A DNA stretch of 64,000 bases from Adineta vaga. Lineage: Eukaryota > Animalia > Rotifera. Positions 12,270 through 25,401 of the stretch are shown here, one piece after another. Within the stretch, counting starts at the first letter, position 1. Each line of letters opens with the position of its first letter. A model generated the notes under the pieces. That model did not search any database. It saw only the letters and a list, made by a program, of their open reading frames with translations, and was not told the origin of the DNA. The stretch is taken from the NCBI GenBank assembly GCA_021613535.1, contig CP075492.1:17360001-17424000 (forward strand), in the 5' to 3' direction. A program made the position numbers and the translations under genes.

Positions 12270-12317
12270 AGAGCGTGTGAGTGCGGTCTTCTGTATTCAC
12301 CTACACCCACACCCTCT
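12270..12317. repeat. Hairpin element
   Basis: AGAGCGTGTGAGTGCGGT...ACCTACACCCACACCCTCT. Confidence 0.8.
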
Positions 12318-13079
12318 CTATAAATATAACGATCTACGTTCATTGTCCGTATATCCAGCTATATCTGTACATAAATGCATACATATATACTTTTGGTGTT
12401 TTTCAAACGCACCTACAGGAAAGAAAAAGTGAGCAAGAGGACAAACATAATTAATACCAACTTCAAAGACAACATAGAAATCTTACCAAAAAACTTCGTA
12501 TTTATTTCAGAATATTTTTGTGATCAAACTATTTTCCACATGGTTCCTCAACATCGAACTTTTTCACTATATTCCTTAAGGATTTTAACCATCCAACACA
12601 GCCCCATAAACAATCAGTCCATTAAATATTCTATTTTCAAAGGTTTCTCTTGTATAAAAACTTGCTGCCAGAAGAATAGACAGATGGTAACTATGCCCCT
12701 TTGTAGCGCGTGAAAAACTGCATCAAACCATGTAGATCAATAGTGCCATTGTAAAGAACTTTTTGTTCGCCTTTGGAGTGGCAATATCTCTATTGGAGAA
12801 CGAAATACTAGTGGCAGTACCATTTTGTCTCAGAGATTTGAGTTTTATTTCTCTTTCAAATGATACTATTTGCAAGCTTATAAAAGCATTTTTTCATTAC
12901 ATTCTGGTCAAAATTTGGCGTAGTTCTTCTATGGAAATTAAGTAAAACTACACTACGAAATTATCCAATGGAGACTACTGATTGATCTTCCAAATGGATT
13001 GAAAATGTAATCGTTTCATACATATTTTTGGTTAATTGAAGAACGAGCCGATTTGCGTTCTTATAGACGCCCCAGTCAT

Positions 13080-13622
13080 TTTCCCTTAGATATAATATCT
13101 TATATATCTCGACGTATGAATGAAGATGTAGATTGGAAGTCACTTATTGTAATATTATCAGATGCCACTGTACCTGGCGAAGGTGAACATAAAATTATGG
13201 ATTTTATACGTACAGAAGAATTTTCAAATTCCAAAACAAATCATGTTTTATTTAGTGCTGATTCCGATGTGGTATTACTTAGTTTAACTAGGCATTCAGA
13301 TAATATTCGAATAATGCGTCGAAAAACAGACACAATAACAGAATCATATACATTTAGAGATTTAAAATTATTACGTGAAGAAATCAAGAATGAGTTCAAA
13401 GGCGATTTGGAACGAATAATTGATGATTGGATATTCATGTGTCTTTTAGCTGGAAATGATTTTCTTCCAAATATACCATCTATTGAATTTAGTCAAAAGG
13501 ATGTGAATGATATTCTTTTTAATACTTACAAAGAATATGTACGCAAGGAGAATGACTATTTAATTGAAAATATGACACCGAATTTAATGTATTTAAAGAT
13601 TCTTTTAAAACATATTGGTGAC
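13080..13622 (+). pseudogene. 5'-3' exoribonuclease XRN1/XRN2 catalytic-region fragment
   Basis: VILSDATVPGEGEHKIMDFIR, HVLFSADSD, ERIIDDWIFMCLLAGNDFLPNIP; the frame runs straight into (GGGTGT)n. Confidence 0.9.
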
Positions 13623-13692
13623 AGGGTGTGGGTGTGGGTGTGGGTATGGGTGGGGATACAGTAAGATGCAACCACACTCTCACCCACATCCT
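13623..13692. repeat. Hairpin element
   Basis: AGGGTGTGGGTGTGGGTGTGGGTATGGGTGGG...ACCACACTCTCACCCACATCCT. Confidence 0.9.
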
Positions 13693-13785
13693 AGAAGGAA
13701 TTATCAAAGAAATGAACTTTCATAGTGTAGCATTTATTTTTCACAAGGAAAGTTTTCATAAAACATGGTTTTATGTTGGAAATCT

Positions 13786-16271
13786 TTAGTTATTTTTAAG
13801 TAATTCATCAATTGTTCTCAAGGTATCATCAGAGATTTTGTTATGTGCAAGTTTCAATGAAACAAGTTGCTAAACAAAAAATAAAGATAGAAATATGATG
13901 GATAACAGAAATGAAGGATTATACTGTATGGTTTCGTAAGACAGCAATGGAATGTTGTCCTTCAGATTCGGCAATATTGTTATAAGTAAGATCGAGTACT
14001 TTTAATGACTAAACAGACAAAAGCAGTACACACTTTTTCGAAATTAAAATAAACGAAAGGTCATATTACCGTATTGGATAATAGTATATCTGCTATCGCG
14101 TGTGCTCCTTCGTTTTCTATTTTAGTCTTCGCAATATTTAGTGCAGTAAGTGTCTACATCGAAGATGGAATTAAAAGTGAAGAGTTAACATGAAAACTAT
14201 ATCTACTGTCATATGTGGTAGTGCTTCAGCTAAGACTTTTGCTCCTTGAACACCAAGATTGTTTCCTCGAAGATCGAGGCTAGTAAGTGTCTATAAAAAA
14301 AGAATAAAACTTAGTAGGAAAGAGTTCGAAAAACACATAATACTAACACGATTGTGTATGAGTGCCGTAACGAGGTATTCTGTTGCTTTTGTTCCAAAGT
14401 AATTATCACGAAGATTCAATGTCAAAAGTGTCTAATTGTGTATATTTTTAGAATGATATATAAAAAAATTCCGAAGGAAATAAATTTTACAGTTTTTTTG
14501 ATAATATCATAGCTAGATATTGTACTTCACTGTCTTCAATTCCATTCGATTGAAGATCTAATGTAGTAACTGTCTAAATATACAAAATATATCACTATAA
14601 TACCAACAAAATGAAAATTGTGCAGAATATACTCGATTATCTTCTAATCCGTTCATTAGATATTGAAGTGCCTCATTTCTAATTCTATTTGATGGAAGAT
14701 AAAGTGTTTCAATTGTCTAGATGAAAATAAAAAGTCAAATATGAATATATGAAAAAGTACAACCAAACAAATCTACTGATTTATTTCTTAATAAACGAGC
14801 CACATATTGTGCTCCAAATATTCCAATTTGATTGTTGCCCAAATGAAGTGTAGTCAATTTCTATATATGAAATATATATATATAAATAACAAACTTAAAG
14901 AAGAAAATAGTAATGGTATTTACTGTGTACTTCTCTAATGCATCAGTTAATTGTTCTAAGCGTTCAACGTCAAGATTCGTTCCTTGAAGATCAAGTACTT
15001 TGAGCGTCTAAGTTTAGAAAAATCATTACAGAGGTTAAAGAAACAATAAAAAGTGAATTTACTGTATTATTTGATAATGCATCAGTTAAATCACATATAA
15101 CTTGCTCACCCATAGAAAGCCCGTGAAGATTCAATGTAGAAATATTCTACGTGAAAAAAGATAGGAAAGAATCGTTTTATATGAAATAAATTTATACTTC
15201 TTCAGTAATCAAGTTATCGTCAGTAGTTCTATATTCAATCAAACGGCAAACACTATTGATAGGCATAGCATCATATCTAATCGAAAGTTCATGATCATTC
15301 AGATAAATTGGTATTGTATAAATGGCAACATATGATGATTTGATAAGATGATCACAAGTGGTAAACCATTGTTTATTATAGAGCCAGAATGGTGTTCGAA
15401 ACGAAGCAATAATTGAATTAACAGTATGTACACGAGCATCTTTTCGAATACGATAAGTAAAACAAAATTCAAATTTTTTTAATTTCGATAAACGAATTTG
15501 TATCAGTTGTTCCCAAAATGAACCATCAAATACGGGACCATAGACTGATCTAAAGGATATCAATTTTAGATAGGTTAAAGATGGAACAGATATCAAAATC
15601 AATCGAATGTATTCAATTAAGAGTTGACAATCAAGTATAGTTAAAGATATTAATTGTTGATATTTTTCATCAGCTCGTGATGAATCGTTGACTTCATCAT
15701 TACTAGAAAGCTCGAAATAACCTATGACGAATGTTTTTAAATTTGGTAAACAGTGGAGAATATGACGATATTGAGAATAATTACAAGCAAGAAGTGTTAA
15801 ATGTTGTAATGTAGAATGTACTGATGAGAGTATGTTTTCGATCAAATTCTCGAGATTATTGAAATATAATTGAGTAGGAATATGTTGATTGCTGTCACAT
15901 AAAACAATGGTATGCCGTGCTTTGCTCCATCTATCGACTCGACCGAAAGTTAACGAGTTAAGTTTCGAGAATTGTTGTATATCAAAAATGGAAGAAAATA
16001 AACCAATTATATGTTCACGACTTGCATCCCTATCAGAGAAAACGATCGAACGAATATTTTCCAATGAAACTAAATGAGTCACCAATAAAATATCATTTTC
16101 AGACATTGAAGAAAAATCAAGTTGAAAATTCTTATAAGATCTAATTACATTATAGAATCTTTTACATACTGGACGTAGCGAACGAAGAATAGTAATCGTA
16201 TCCAATCGATCGAGAATACTACAAAGAATTTCAGTTGGAAAATTAATAACATCCATGATGTTACTCTGCAT
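13786..16271 (-). CDS. F-box protein with C-terminal RI/NLRC3-like LRRs (one large exon plus about 10 single-LRR exons)
   Basis: F-box (FPTEILCSILDRLD..LRPVCKRFY); exons of about 84 nt such as TLTSLDLRGNNLGVQGAKVLAEAL separated by introns of about 55 nt; stop at 13786. Confidence 0.85.
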
Positions 16272-16495
16272 CGTATTTTAGGTGAATAAATGAAGTAACT
16301 TAAACTTTCAAAACATTAGTCAGAGATAAAGTCTGTGGGAAAAAATGAAAGAATAAAAACAACACATGGCATAAGTTGTAAAAACAAAAGAATGAAAAAA
16401 TATTAATAGAAATTTTTTCTTTTCTTTTACTCAAGTTCTCCCATGATGCTTTACTCGCATCATTCTACAGAGCGGCGAGAATAAAAATCTGACGT

Positions 16496-16543
16496 GGTGT
16501 GGGTGTGGGTGAATACAAGAGATCCTCACCAACACCCTCAAGA
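16496..16543. repeat. Hairpin element
   Basis: GGTGTGGGTGTGGGTGAATACAAGAGATCCTCACCAACACCCTCAAGA. Confidence 0.9.
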
Positions 16544-16635
16544 TGTTTTTATCAAGTTAAGCCTAGTTCAAACAAAAGAAAAAATGAAAGATTTTATTTA
16601 TGATTTGCATTCAATAAGAGAAACCGATTATACAG

Positions 16636-18850
16636 TTATTGATTAAAACACAATTCAACATAATCATTTGATATATGTATATATTCCAAGCAACAATTTT
16701 TCTTTTGTATATCATTCATATTTTCCAATATTTCTCTGTTAAACGGAACATCTTTGCTAAAGTCGATAGACATAACTTTTAATTTTCTTATATTTTGACA
16801 GATCGTATGTATAACCATGAGTAGATCGACAGTCTTCAATTGAAAATTTCCTTTATATTGTTGTATACGAACAGCATATAATGAAGATGATGTACCAAGT
16901 TTAGTAATGAGTGTCAATGGTTCAATAGTAAGAATATTCTTAGTTTGACGAATAATTAATACCTCTAAAGACGAAAATTTATCGAGATCTAGTTGGGATA
17001 AAAGTTCATTATCAATATTTCATATTCGTAGATGTGGCATCCAATTAAGCCAAGTTTTAGTTGTATCAAAAAATTGATCACCTATAAATACATTTGAACA
17101 TCATAGACTGCATATTTTGTTCATCAAAAAGAAAAAAGTTTACTTGGCTGATTTTCATAACATCTTTGAATTTCTAATCTATCAAACTGTAGCAAAGTAT
17201 TATTATTCTGTGGTAATCGATAAACTCCATTTAGTTTTATCTTAATTGATTTCACTATACATAATACGTTTTTATTACACTATACATTATCGAATAGAAA
17301 GAAAAATACTCAACTTTATGAGAACCTAATGTTAACATATGAAGAAATTGTTCACAGAGTAATTCATTTTTATCTATAAGTAAAAGAATTCTTGGACTTC
17401 TGTGATATAACATTGGTATTAAACATTCTAAACGATCATTCATTTGATTGAATTTCGTATTTATCATATCGTTCATGACTATAAATGGGAGATCAAATAT
17501 ATAAGGTAATGTAAATATAACATAAACACAACTAAGATTATCATAATGACAACCAATACGCATGTTTAACCAGTATGCTATATAGAAAAAGGATTGAGAG
17601 TTTCAGTGGAAACGAAATGATTTTTTATAAGAGAGAAAGATGATACTCACTCGTCTGAAATGATCGAATAATATGATTCATTTGTTGATTACATAAACAA
17701 GTTGTTTCATTTAAGAATGAAAATTCTTTCATCATTGTTAGCGGAAGAATAATTTCTTTGAAAATACAATCGCCATCAATATATGTCAATGTATTTCGAA
17801 CATTTGGATGCTGATGAATAAGAGCCATATGAAGAGTAATCAGACTATTACGAAAAAGATGAGTAAACTTAACGATACTCGTGAAATCTTGCACAACCAT
17901 ATGTCTTAATCTAAATATATAAGATACACATTAGATGAGTTGTATATTTTGTTATACCTCAAAATCAGTTTAGTTAAATGAGGACATGGATTGAATGATA
18001 ATGGAAATAGATGTTGATCATTTGTTGTCACATCAATTCCGAGATGAATATCTACATTAGAATAGAATCATATGCAGAAATGAGCGTTATGAAATAAAAC
18101 TTACCAAGTATGGATAATTTTGGGAGAAACATAAGTAAATATTTCAACGAAGCAAAATCTCGAACATCAATTCGAAGATAAACAAGTGAATGTTGAGGTT
18201 GATACAATGATGAAATAGGTTCTTCAAGAAAAAAACCATCTTTTTCATTGGTATCATGAAGTATACAATTCTTCAATCGACTATCAATCGAATTATTTAG
18301 AAGATGTTCATAAGTACATTTCGATATTTTGTGTAATGAACATTTGATTAACACAAATTTTTCAAGAAACAGTATCGTTGACAAATAAGATGCGAGTTCA
18401 TTTGTATCCGATTCATGAATATTACGTAGAACGAGCGTTTTTAACTGTGGTAATACGTCAAGAAGTGATAAAGAAACTACAAAAATGGATTTCATTATAT
18501 ATTCTGTGAGTTGAAGATATGATACTTCACTGCACTGTCAAAACTCACTTAGACAACATCGTGAAAAAATACGTATTTGAGAATAAGAATCTCGGTGACC
18601 AAGCTTCAAAATATTGATATTGGAATCGAAATTGATCGATCATACAAGTGCAACACAATCGAAATGTCGATAAAGATGTAGTATGAAAATCAATTGATGT
18701 ATAACAATACTTTTCTAATAGATAAATATATCGACCACATTTCATTGAACCAAAACTTTTTATCGCTTCAGGATGAGTTAAATACTTCCAAATAATTAAA
18801 ACAATCTCGTTAGGTAGAGATGTAAAATGTGTTGTTATCGTATTTTTCAT
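16636..18850 (-). CDS. Multi-exon F-box/LRR-like gene, possibly frameshifted near 18625
   Basis: FTSLPNEIVLIIWKYL F-box; successive ORFs joined by short introns; the protein-like continuation INILKLGHRDSYSQIRIF lies in another frame. Confidence 0.7.
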
Positions 18851-19385
18851 TGAAAGTTCATATCAAGTTGAAATATAATAAAATAACAAAAATTCATCTA
18901 CAATGATGATTAAAGTTTTATTCGTACAAAATACGTTTTCTTTTGTTATGATTATCAACAAAGTCTCTCCTTCTTCCCATATGAAACACATGTATATAGA
19001 TCGAAAATTGAACAATGAGAAGAGTGACCATTTACATTCAGGTCAAGAGATACATGGAAGGGAATAAGGCAATCGTTACAATGATGTCTATTGGAATCTA
19101 ATTTGATTATATTGAATATATCGACGAATTACGGTTTGATAATGAATACTAGTTTTTCGAAATTCTCTCATATATATATATATATATAGTTATGATGGCA
19201 TGATGAAGACAGCAAAATAAGATATAAGAATACGCGGAAATGAAAGTATAAATAAAATGATTGAAGCAACAAATAAATGTGTTCTAAATTTGTAATCTTG
19301 GCGAATAACAAACAATACACCATGTTCGTTGATTTACAGGATCATGAATCACTGTTCCAGTTATAATAATGATGATGAAAAAAAT

Positions 19386-19432
19386 AAGGGTGTGGATGTG
19401 GGTTAAAGATCATACTCACACCCATACCCTCT
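19386..19432. repeat. Hairpin element
   Basis: AAGGGTGTGGATGTGGGT-TAAAGATCAT-ACTCACACCCATACCCTCT. Confidence 0.9.
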
Positions 19433-20179
19433 GAATTTTTCTGATTATTGATACAGCAAGATAGTCACCTCTCTCCCTGTCACATTTCATTGGTCAGTTA
19501 TTTTGACATATAAGAACTTGTGTTGAAAATGAGGCGTTAGCTGTCGAAACGTCGACTAATTTTGTCAATTTTTCTTTTCTGTAAATTAACATTATTTATT
19601 ATTTTTAATTAAAATTTAAAATTAAATATTAAATGAAAAAATTTAAAGGTGCTGTAATAATTATTAAATTTGTTGTCGATCCCATAAACATGAATTGAGA
19701 AAATGGGAATTTGTTTATCTGTCCAGCTCAGGTCAATCGATCCGATAGAATCGTGTAGGATTCCGTCACAAGGATGGTGATAAAAGTGCGGATAACTATG
19801 ATCGTTATGTAGATCGACACTTACATCCATACAGTCTCACCATCAAAAATAAATAAATAAATATTGCCGCATTCCCCAGGAAAAAAGAATAAAGCAAAAA
19901 CCGCTGCCATTCAATAGCCTTCGAAACCACGGTTTTTGAGAGTTGCGGTTTGAGACGGTTTCTGATAGCTTCATAATTGGTCTGATTTTTGCTTTATAAA
20001 AAACCCGCTGAAAATCACGATTTCACAATCCTCATCTGTCTGGGGTCACTCGAGACCACCCTGTCACCGTCTCTTGTCTACATTCTAAGAAAGATTGTCT
20101 TTTGAGGGGCTTTGTAGGAACTTTTCCAAGTCTCACTCCTCATTGACATACAATTGTAGTGTAAGAGAGATATGTGCTA

Positions 20180-20232
20180 TGTGGATGTGGGTGTGATTGA
20201 ATATTCCTCACTCATCCACACCCTCACCCTCA
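20180..20232. repeat. Hairpin element
   Basis: TGTGGATGTGGGTGTG...CACTCATCCACACCCTCACCCTCA. Confidence 0.85.
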
Positions 20233-20442
20233 TTTTCAGATGATATATAATCCCAATGAAATGAGATAAGAACAACAGTATTGTATTTTGTTTTATTTAC
20301 CTGTATTATGATTAGTTTATTTCTTAGTTAAAACGATACAGTTTTGATCACGCCATTTTCAGCCGATCGATATGATTCAATATTCTAATTGAAACTTAAA
20401 CACAAAAAAAAGAATAAATATTGCAACTTAAAAGGAAATAGT

Positions 20443-22000
20443 CTAGTAAATATTTAAGACCGTTTGCATAAGTGGTTCAATTTTATCCACAAGATTTGAT
20501 GTGATAAATCGCGTACGAAAAACGTTTCGAGCTCTATACGACGCTTTTTGTATACGAAAGATAAGATTTAATAATTGACTAAAGTATTTATAAGCTTGAT
20601 GTTCATCTTTTTTATTAATTATATAATTCCAAAGAATTCTTGTATAATGATTTTGAGCTCGACTAACAGCTAATGCATCGTTTAGTGATGGTTGTGTTTC
20701 ATCCATTGATAATTGATCGGTGAAAAGAAGAATTACTAGGAGAAGTGATAATATTCCTGGATCGTGTTCAATGAATTCAAGAAGTGCAAGTTTTGTTTCA
20801 GCAAAACCACTTAACATATTACTCGAATCACCCCATAACTTACAAAATTGACGAAATCTTTCTTCTTCTTCTGCAATTGTACAATGATTATCTTGTGTTT
20901 TATGTCTGTAACATTTAAATATTACAGAAACAAATAAAAGATTAAATTTGATTAATGAAAGTCGATCATCATTATCAATGAGATTTTCAAATTCATCAAT
21001 TTGACGAAAGAAATCAATGAATGCTAAAGCAATCTGATTGGTATTCTCTGACCATGAAACAAGAGCTGAAGCTTGATCAGATGTATCGATAGTAAATTGA
21101 TATAGATTTAGATTTTGAAATGTTGATAAGAATGATGATCGAACACTTTCAATTGTAAACCAATCTTCAATCGATAATGTTCCAAAGAGAATATTTTCCA
21201 TTCCATTTAAATCTTCATTTTTTGTTTGATCTAAATCTAATAATAACTAAACAAAGAGAACATTTTTCTATAAAATTGATTCTATAAAAACTTACACGAT
21301 CGAAATCATCAAGTGATTCGACATTGGATACAATTGATGGTGTTAAAGATTGTTGTAATGTTGCATTTCGATTTTCTTCAAGACGTTTTTTACGTTGTTG
21401 TTTTTCTTCTTCACTCAAAATAAAATCTTTTCTCATTCCAACGGCAAAACAACGATCTAATCGACATCGAGCACATTTTCTATGTACATCATGAGCTACT
21501 GAACATTGACCTTGATTTGTACAGCATTTCAATTTCTCCTAGAAAATACTCAGACATAGAATGATATCAGTGAGACAAAAAAATTTACTCGAGATTGCTG
21601 AGCATTACGACGAAAAAACGCTTTACATGATGCACAAGACAGAGCATTATAATTAAATCCAACAGCACGATCACCACAAACAGCACAAACAAAATCTGCT
21701 GATTTCCTTGCAGATTTCATTTGTTTTGATCGAGTTTGATGAGGTGAAGTGAGTGCTCGTTTATATACTTGATCACTTTTCGGATTCTAGGGGAAAAAAA
21801 GATATTTAAATCATAAAATCTTTGTCAAGAAAAATACGCACAAGTGTAGAAAATTCAGCAAAAAAAGCTAAATCCATCATATCATTTCCATCTGGATGAT
21901 CTAACTCCACAATACGTGTATTTGGTTTTTTATGTAATGCTACTTGACGAATCAAATCTTCATCAGACGTAATAATAATCATTTTCGTTTGTGTAGCCAT
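20443..22000 (-). CDS. Nuclear hormone receptor (NR1I/J, HR96/VDR-like), 4 exons
   Basis: C4 zinc fingers CAVCGDRAVGFNYNALSCASCKAFFRR...CARCRLDRCFAVGM; ligand-binding domain with FFRQIDEFENL..DDRLSLIK. Confidence 0.9.
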
Positions 22001-22259
22001 ATTTTTCCTTTTCTATAAATGATTATAGAAGGATCTGAGTATTTTTAGAAGGTGAAAACAACTACGATAAGTAGAAATGAAAAAAGAAGTCGCCGTTTCA
22101 GCCGCGTGAGAAAGAAAAAAACACACTATGTTACTTTTTTTTTTCTTTTCTTCCTGCTTCTATGACACTTTTGTTAGTCTTTTCAAATGTGTCATCGTTG
22201 CGAGCATAGATGATGCAAGTCTATGCTATTTTTAAAGATTTTCTATTCTGCTTGTATCA

Positions 22260-22750
22260 ATAGTGCCATTCTACCAGTTGATTGAATTTGAATAATAATA
22301 TTTATTAAACGAGTAAAATATTTGTCAGTTTCACCTTGTCCACATTTCCAAAGAACTTTGGTATCATGGTGGTTGATATTCATTCATAGAAACATCTTAA
22401 CACTATATGAATCATCACATAAATTAAAGAATTGGCGACGGTTTTGAGCCAAGATATTATCTTTACAGGAATAACATTTCGATAAGACAAAGTGAGAAAA
22501 TATTAGATTTGATTAATAGAAATCGATCATCATGGTATAAATTTTGAAATTCTTCAATATTACGAAAAAGAACAAATATGTTCAATCGTTTGCCAGTCTT
22601 CAGTTGATCATATTTAGCAATAACTAAACGATAATAGAGTTATCTTTAAAAATTTGAACAGAAAAATAATTTACTTGATCGATATCATCAAAAGATTCAG
22701 TTGTAGATGAACGTTTCGATTTTCTCATTCCAACGGCCGAACAACGTTCT
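22260..22750 (-). pseudogene. Decayed nuclear-receptor paralog fragment
   Basis: ERCSAVGMRKSKRSSTTESFDDIDQ followed by gt parallels the neighbouring gene; downstream sequence is disrupted. Confidence 0.6.
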
Positions 22751-22953
22751 ATAATAGTTTTTCAATAAAATTTTCATCGCAACATAGCCATTAGAATTTC
22801 TTATTTACCCGATCACGCACTGTTCGAGTATGTCAAAATAAAAAAATATTGTGAAATCATAACTAAAAGTTTACAACATATTCGTCGTATTGATAATGCA
22901 GAATTTAATATATCAAATGGGATCACTATAATATTGTATATTACGAAATATGA

Positions 22954-23013
22954 TGAGGGTAAAGGTGTAACTGTGATGTCAGTCCATGATCTGTCTCCCA
23001 ACCTCACTCACCC
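22954..23013. repeat. Degenerate hairpin element
   Basis: TGAGGGTAAAGGTGT...CCCAACCTCACTCACCC. Confidence 0.6.
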
Positions 23014-23603
23014 GTTTTTGTCGTGGTATCTCGTGAACCGATCCTCATTTATCCTATCAAATGTAAGTACAATATGCACTGGCTATAATTCCTTATATTA
23101 AATCTTAAAAGTCTCATAGTTGGTTTCTTAGTAAATTCGCGATAATCGTGTAGTAGTGAAAATATTTTTCTCCTCGTTGTGTTGTACAATTTTGTTTATT
23201 TTCTAACAGTAAAACAGTTTTTATTTATTCTCGTTGTTGACAATAGTCAAAGTTTATTTCCAGACACTCTACAATCCAAACTTATTCAAAAGATTCATTA
23301 CTTTGCTGAAGTTCGTATAAATAGAATTGTTCCATGTTTCCCTGGACGAGAAGAGAAACAGTTCATATTTTATTTTTCTTTTAATTCGTTGCAATTCCTG
23401 TGTAAATTCTCGATGAGTATTATTATACATTCCCCGTTGACCTTTTTGACCTAATTTAATTCGACATTTTGTTAATGTTGAAAATCGTTCGAATAGTTTA
23501 CACCATCGTTTTTCCATCAAAATAATCCAATTGTGGAATAGTACTTTCACTATAAAGTTCTAAACGTTTTAAATTATTTTCAATACAACCATTAAGTACA
23601 TAT

Positions 23604-23647
23604 TCTAAGGGTGTGGGTGGGTGTGGGACCCACACCCACACCCTCAG
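23604..23647. repeat. Hairpin element with essentially no spacer
   Basis: TCTAAGGGTGTGGGTGGGTGTGGG-ACCCACACCCACACCCTCAG. Confidence 0.95.
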
Positions 23648-23848
23648 TTCGTACTTTTTTATATACCTAGTTTGTTTTGATCAGGTGATCCAGGGGAGTT
23701 CCCTTTGATCAGCTGATCAGATATGGTGTGATACTAGATATTCCTCCTACTATATAAAGGATGAGGAATAGATAGTAGCGTGTGCTCTTTTATCAATAAA
23801 TATATATAGTACCAGCATTTGTACGTCGAATCCAGTTCACAAATCGTT

Positions 23849-23866
23849 ACACCCACACCCTCTCAA
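23849..23866. repeat. Right arm of hairpin element
   Basis: ACACCCACACCCTCTCAA. Confidence 0.8.
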
Positions 23867-24442
23867 TTTAATGAATTTATTTGCTACTGTATAGTTTTTC
23901 GTTATTGTTATTTATTTTCAAGTATGGAAAAAGATTAAAAAATTTTCGTTTATATGTTGATAATTTGAATTCAATAGAGTTTTCGTATTGATCTACCAAT
24001 AAAGTCAGCTTGTTATCGTGGTCAAACATCATCATATCTAGTAAAATTGCCTGACACGTCCAACATTTCAATTATTCTTCAAACGGCACTTGCTTCAAAT
24101 TTATATATTATATCACAGATGTTATCAACAAAGTATGCAGGAAATATTCTTATTGATTTAGTAGGTATTTGAACCGATAATAGTAAACAACATTTACATC
24201 CAATAGGTGGTTTATGTTATTATTTAACACCACCAGAATCATTTCAAGATATGCTAACTAAATATATACATACACTACTTTATATTGTATTTATGCTTGG
24301 TTCATGTGCATATTTTTCAAGAATATGGATTGATATACCAGGACAAAGTGCAAAAGATGTTGCTAGACAATTGAAAGAACAATAAATGGTTTTGTATGGT
24401 CCTCGTGAAAAATCCACTATTTATGAACTTAAAATAGATAAA
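23865..24442 (+). pseudogene. SEC61A: Sec61-alpha internal fragment with a retained intron (23922-23977) and 3 premature stops
   Basis: NLMNLFATV*FFVIVIYFQ, then [16 protein letters not shown]...[18 protein letters not shown]...[14 protein letters not shown]...[35 protein letters not shown]. Confidence 0.93.
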
Positions 24443-24506
24443 TTAGGGTGTGGGTGTGGGTCTTAATATAACAGAGAAAACTATACTCACACCAACACCT
24501 TCAAGA
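24443..24506. repeat. Hairpin element (followed by a mini copy at about 24514-24541)
   Basis: TTAGGGTGTGGGTGTGGGT...ATACTCACACCAACACCTTCAAGA. Confidence 0.9.
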
Positions 24507-25401
24507 TAGTTGGAGAGTGAGCATGAAACCCACCCTTAGGATAGAATATCTGAAGACTGAGTTGTTCTTATTCATCAATATCAGTAGTTTTTATTGAATA
24601 CTATAAAAGTATCTGCAATTTATCAAGTCATGATAATACGTATTCAGGAGTGTTCTGTTTATGGAGTTGTGGTAGATCTATATGTGCATCTCGAATCTAT
24701 TCAATATATTTGATGATTAAAATAGAAATGAAAATGAATATCTGTTATTTTTTATTAAAGTTCATATATGATTGATATTAATTTATGTATCAAATCAGAA
24801 TCGGATAACAAGGACAAAGGAATCAAAAAATGATTTTGAAATGCAATATTTTAGATGTATTTCAATGAAAGATAATATCGTTTATAATTGATTTTTGAAA
24901 GTTACTAATCGCTACATAGAATAAAATAATTACAATTCTAAGCAAAAGTGCTATTCAATATTTTGTTTCAAATGAAAAGAACTTTATACAGACATAGTAA
25001 AAGATTAGAAATCTAAAATGACTTTTTTCTAAAAGATATAGCAACAGGAAAATAAACTTTTTGACATTGTTCCGCCAATATCTCAGGATTAATTTAAGAT
25101 AACCTAGCGATTTTTGGATGATAGTGAGGACATCCTAGTAGAACTCGAGATACTGCAATTTGACCTTGGAAAATATGACAGTACAATAAATTTGCAATCC
25201 ACTCAGGTACATATTTTGCTCGATTTTCTTATAAATCTTAGTAAAAAAAAGTATTAAGAATAATACCATTTTGACACAGATGCTATTTTTAATTTAAAAA
25301 ATAATCTGACTATAAGGTATAAAATAATTTTGTAAAAGTTAAAGCTATACCGTAAGTAACTCATTTCTTCTTTGCTATTATTGTCTCTGCTATTCGATAC
25401 A

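Noticed and set aside
13623-13664. VWVWVWVW C-terminus as a protein motif (also HPHP, PTPT and THTH in other short ORFs)
   Set aside because: These are translations of the telomere-type repeat arms.
23877-24071. 64-aa minus-strand ORF
   Set aside because: It is antisense to the Sec61-alpha fragment.
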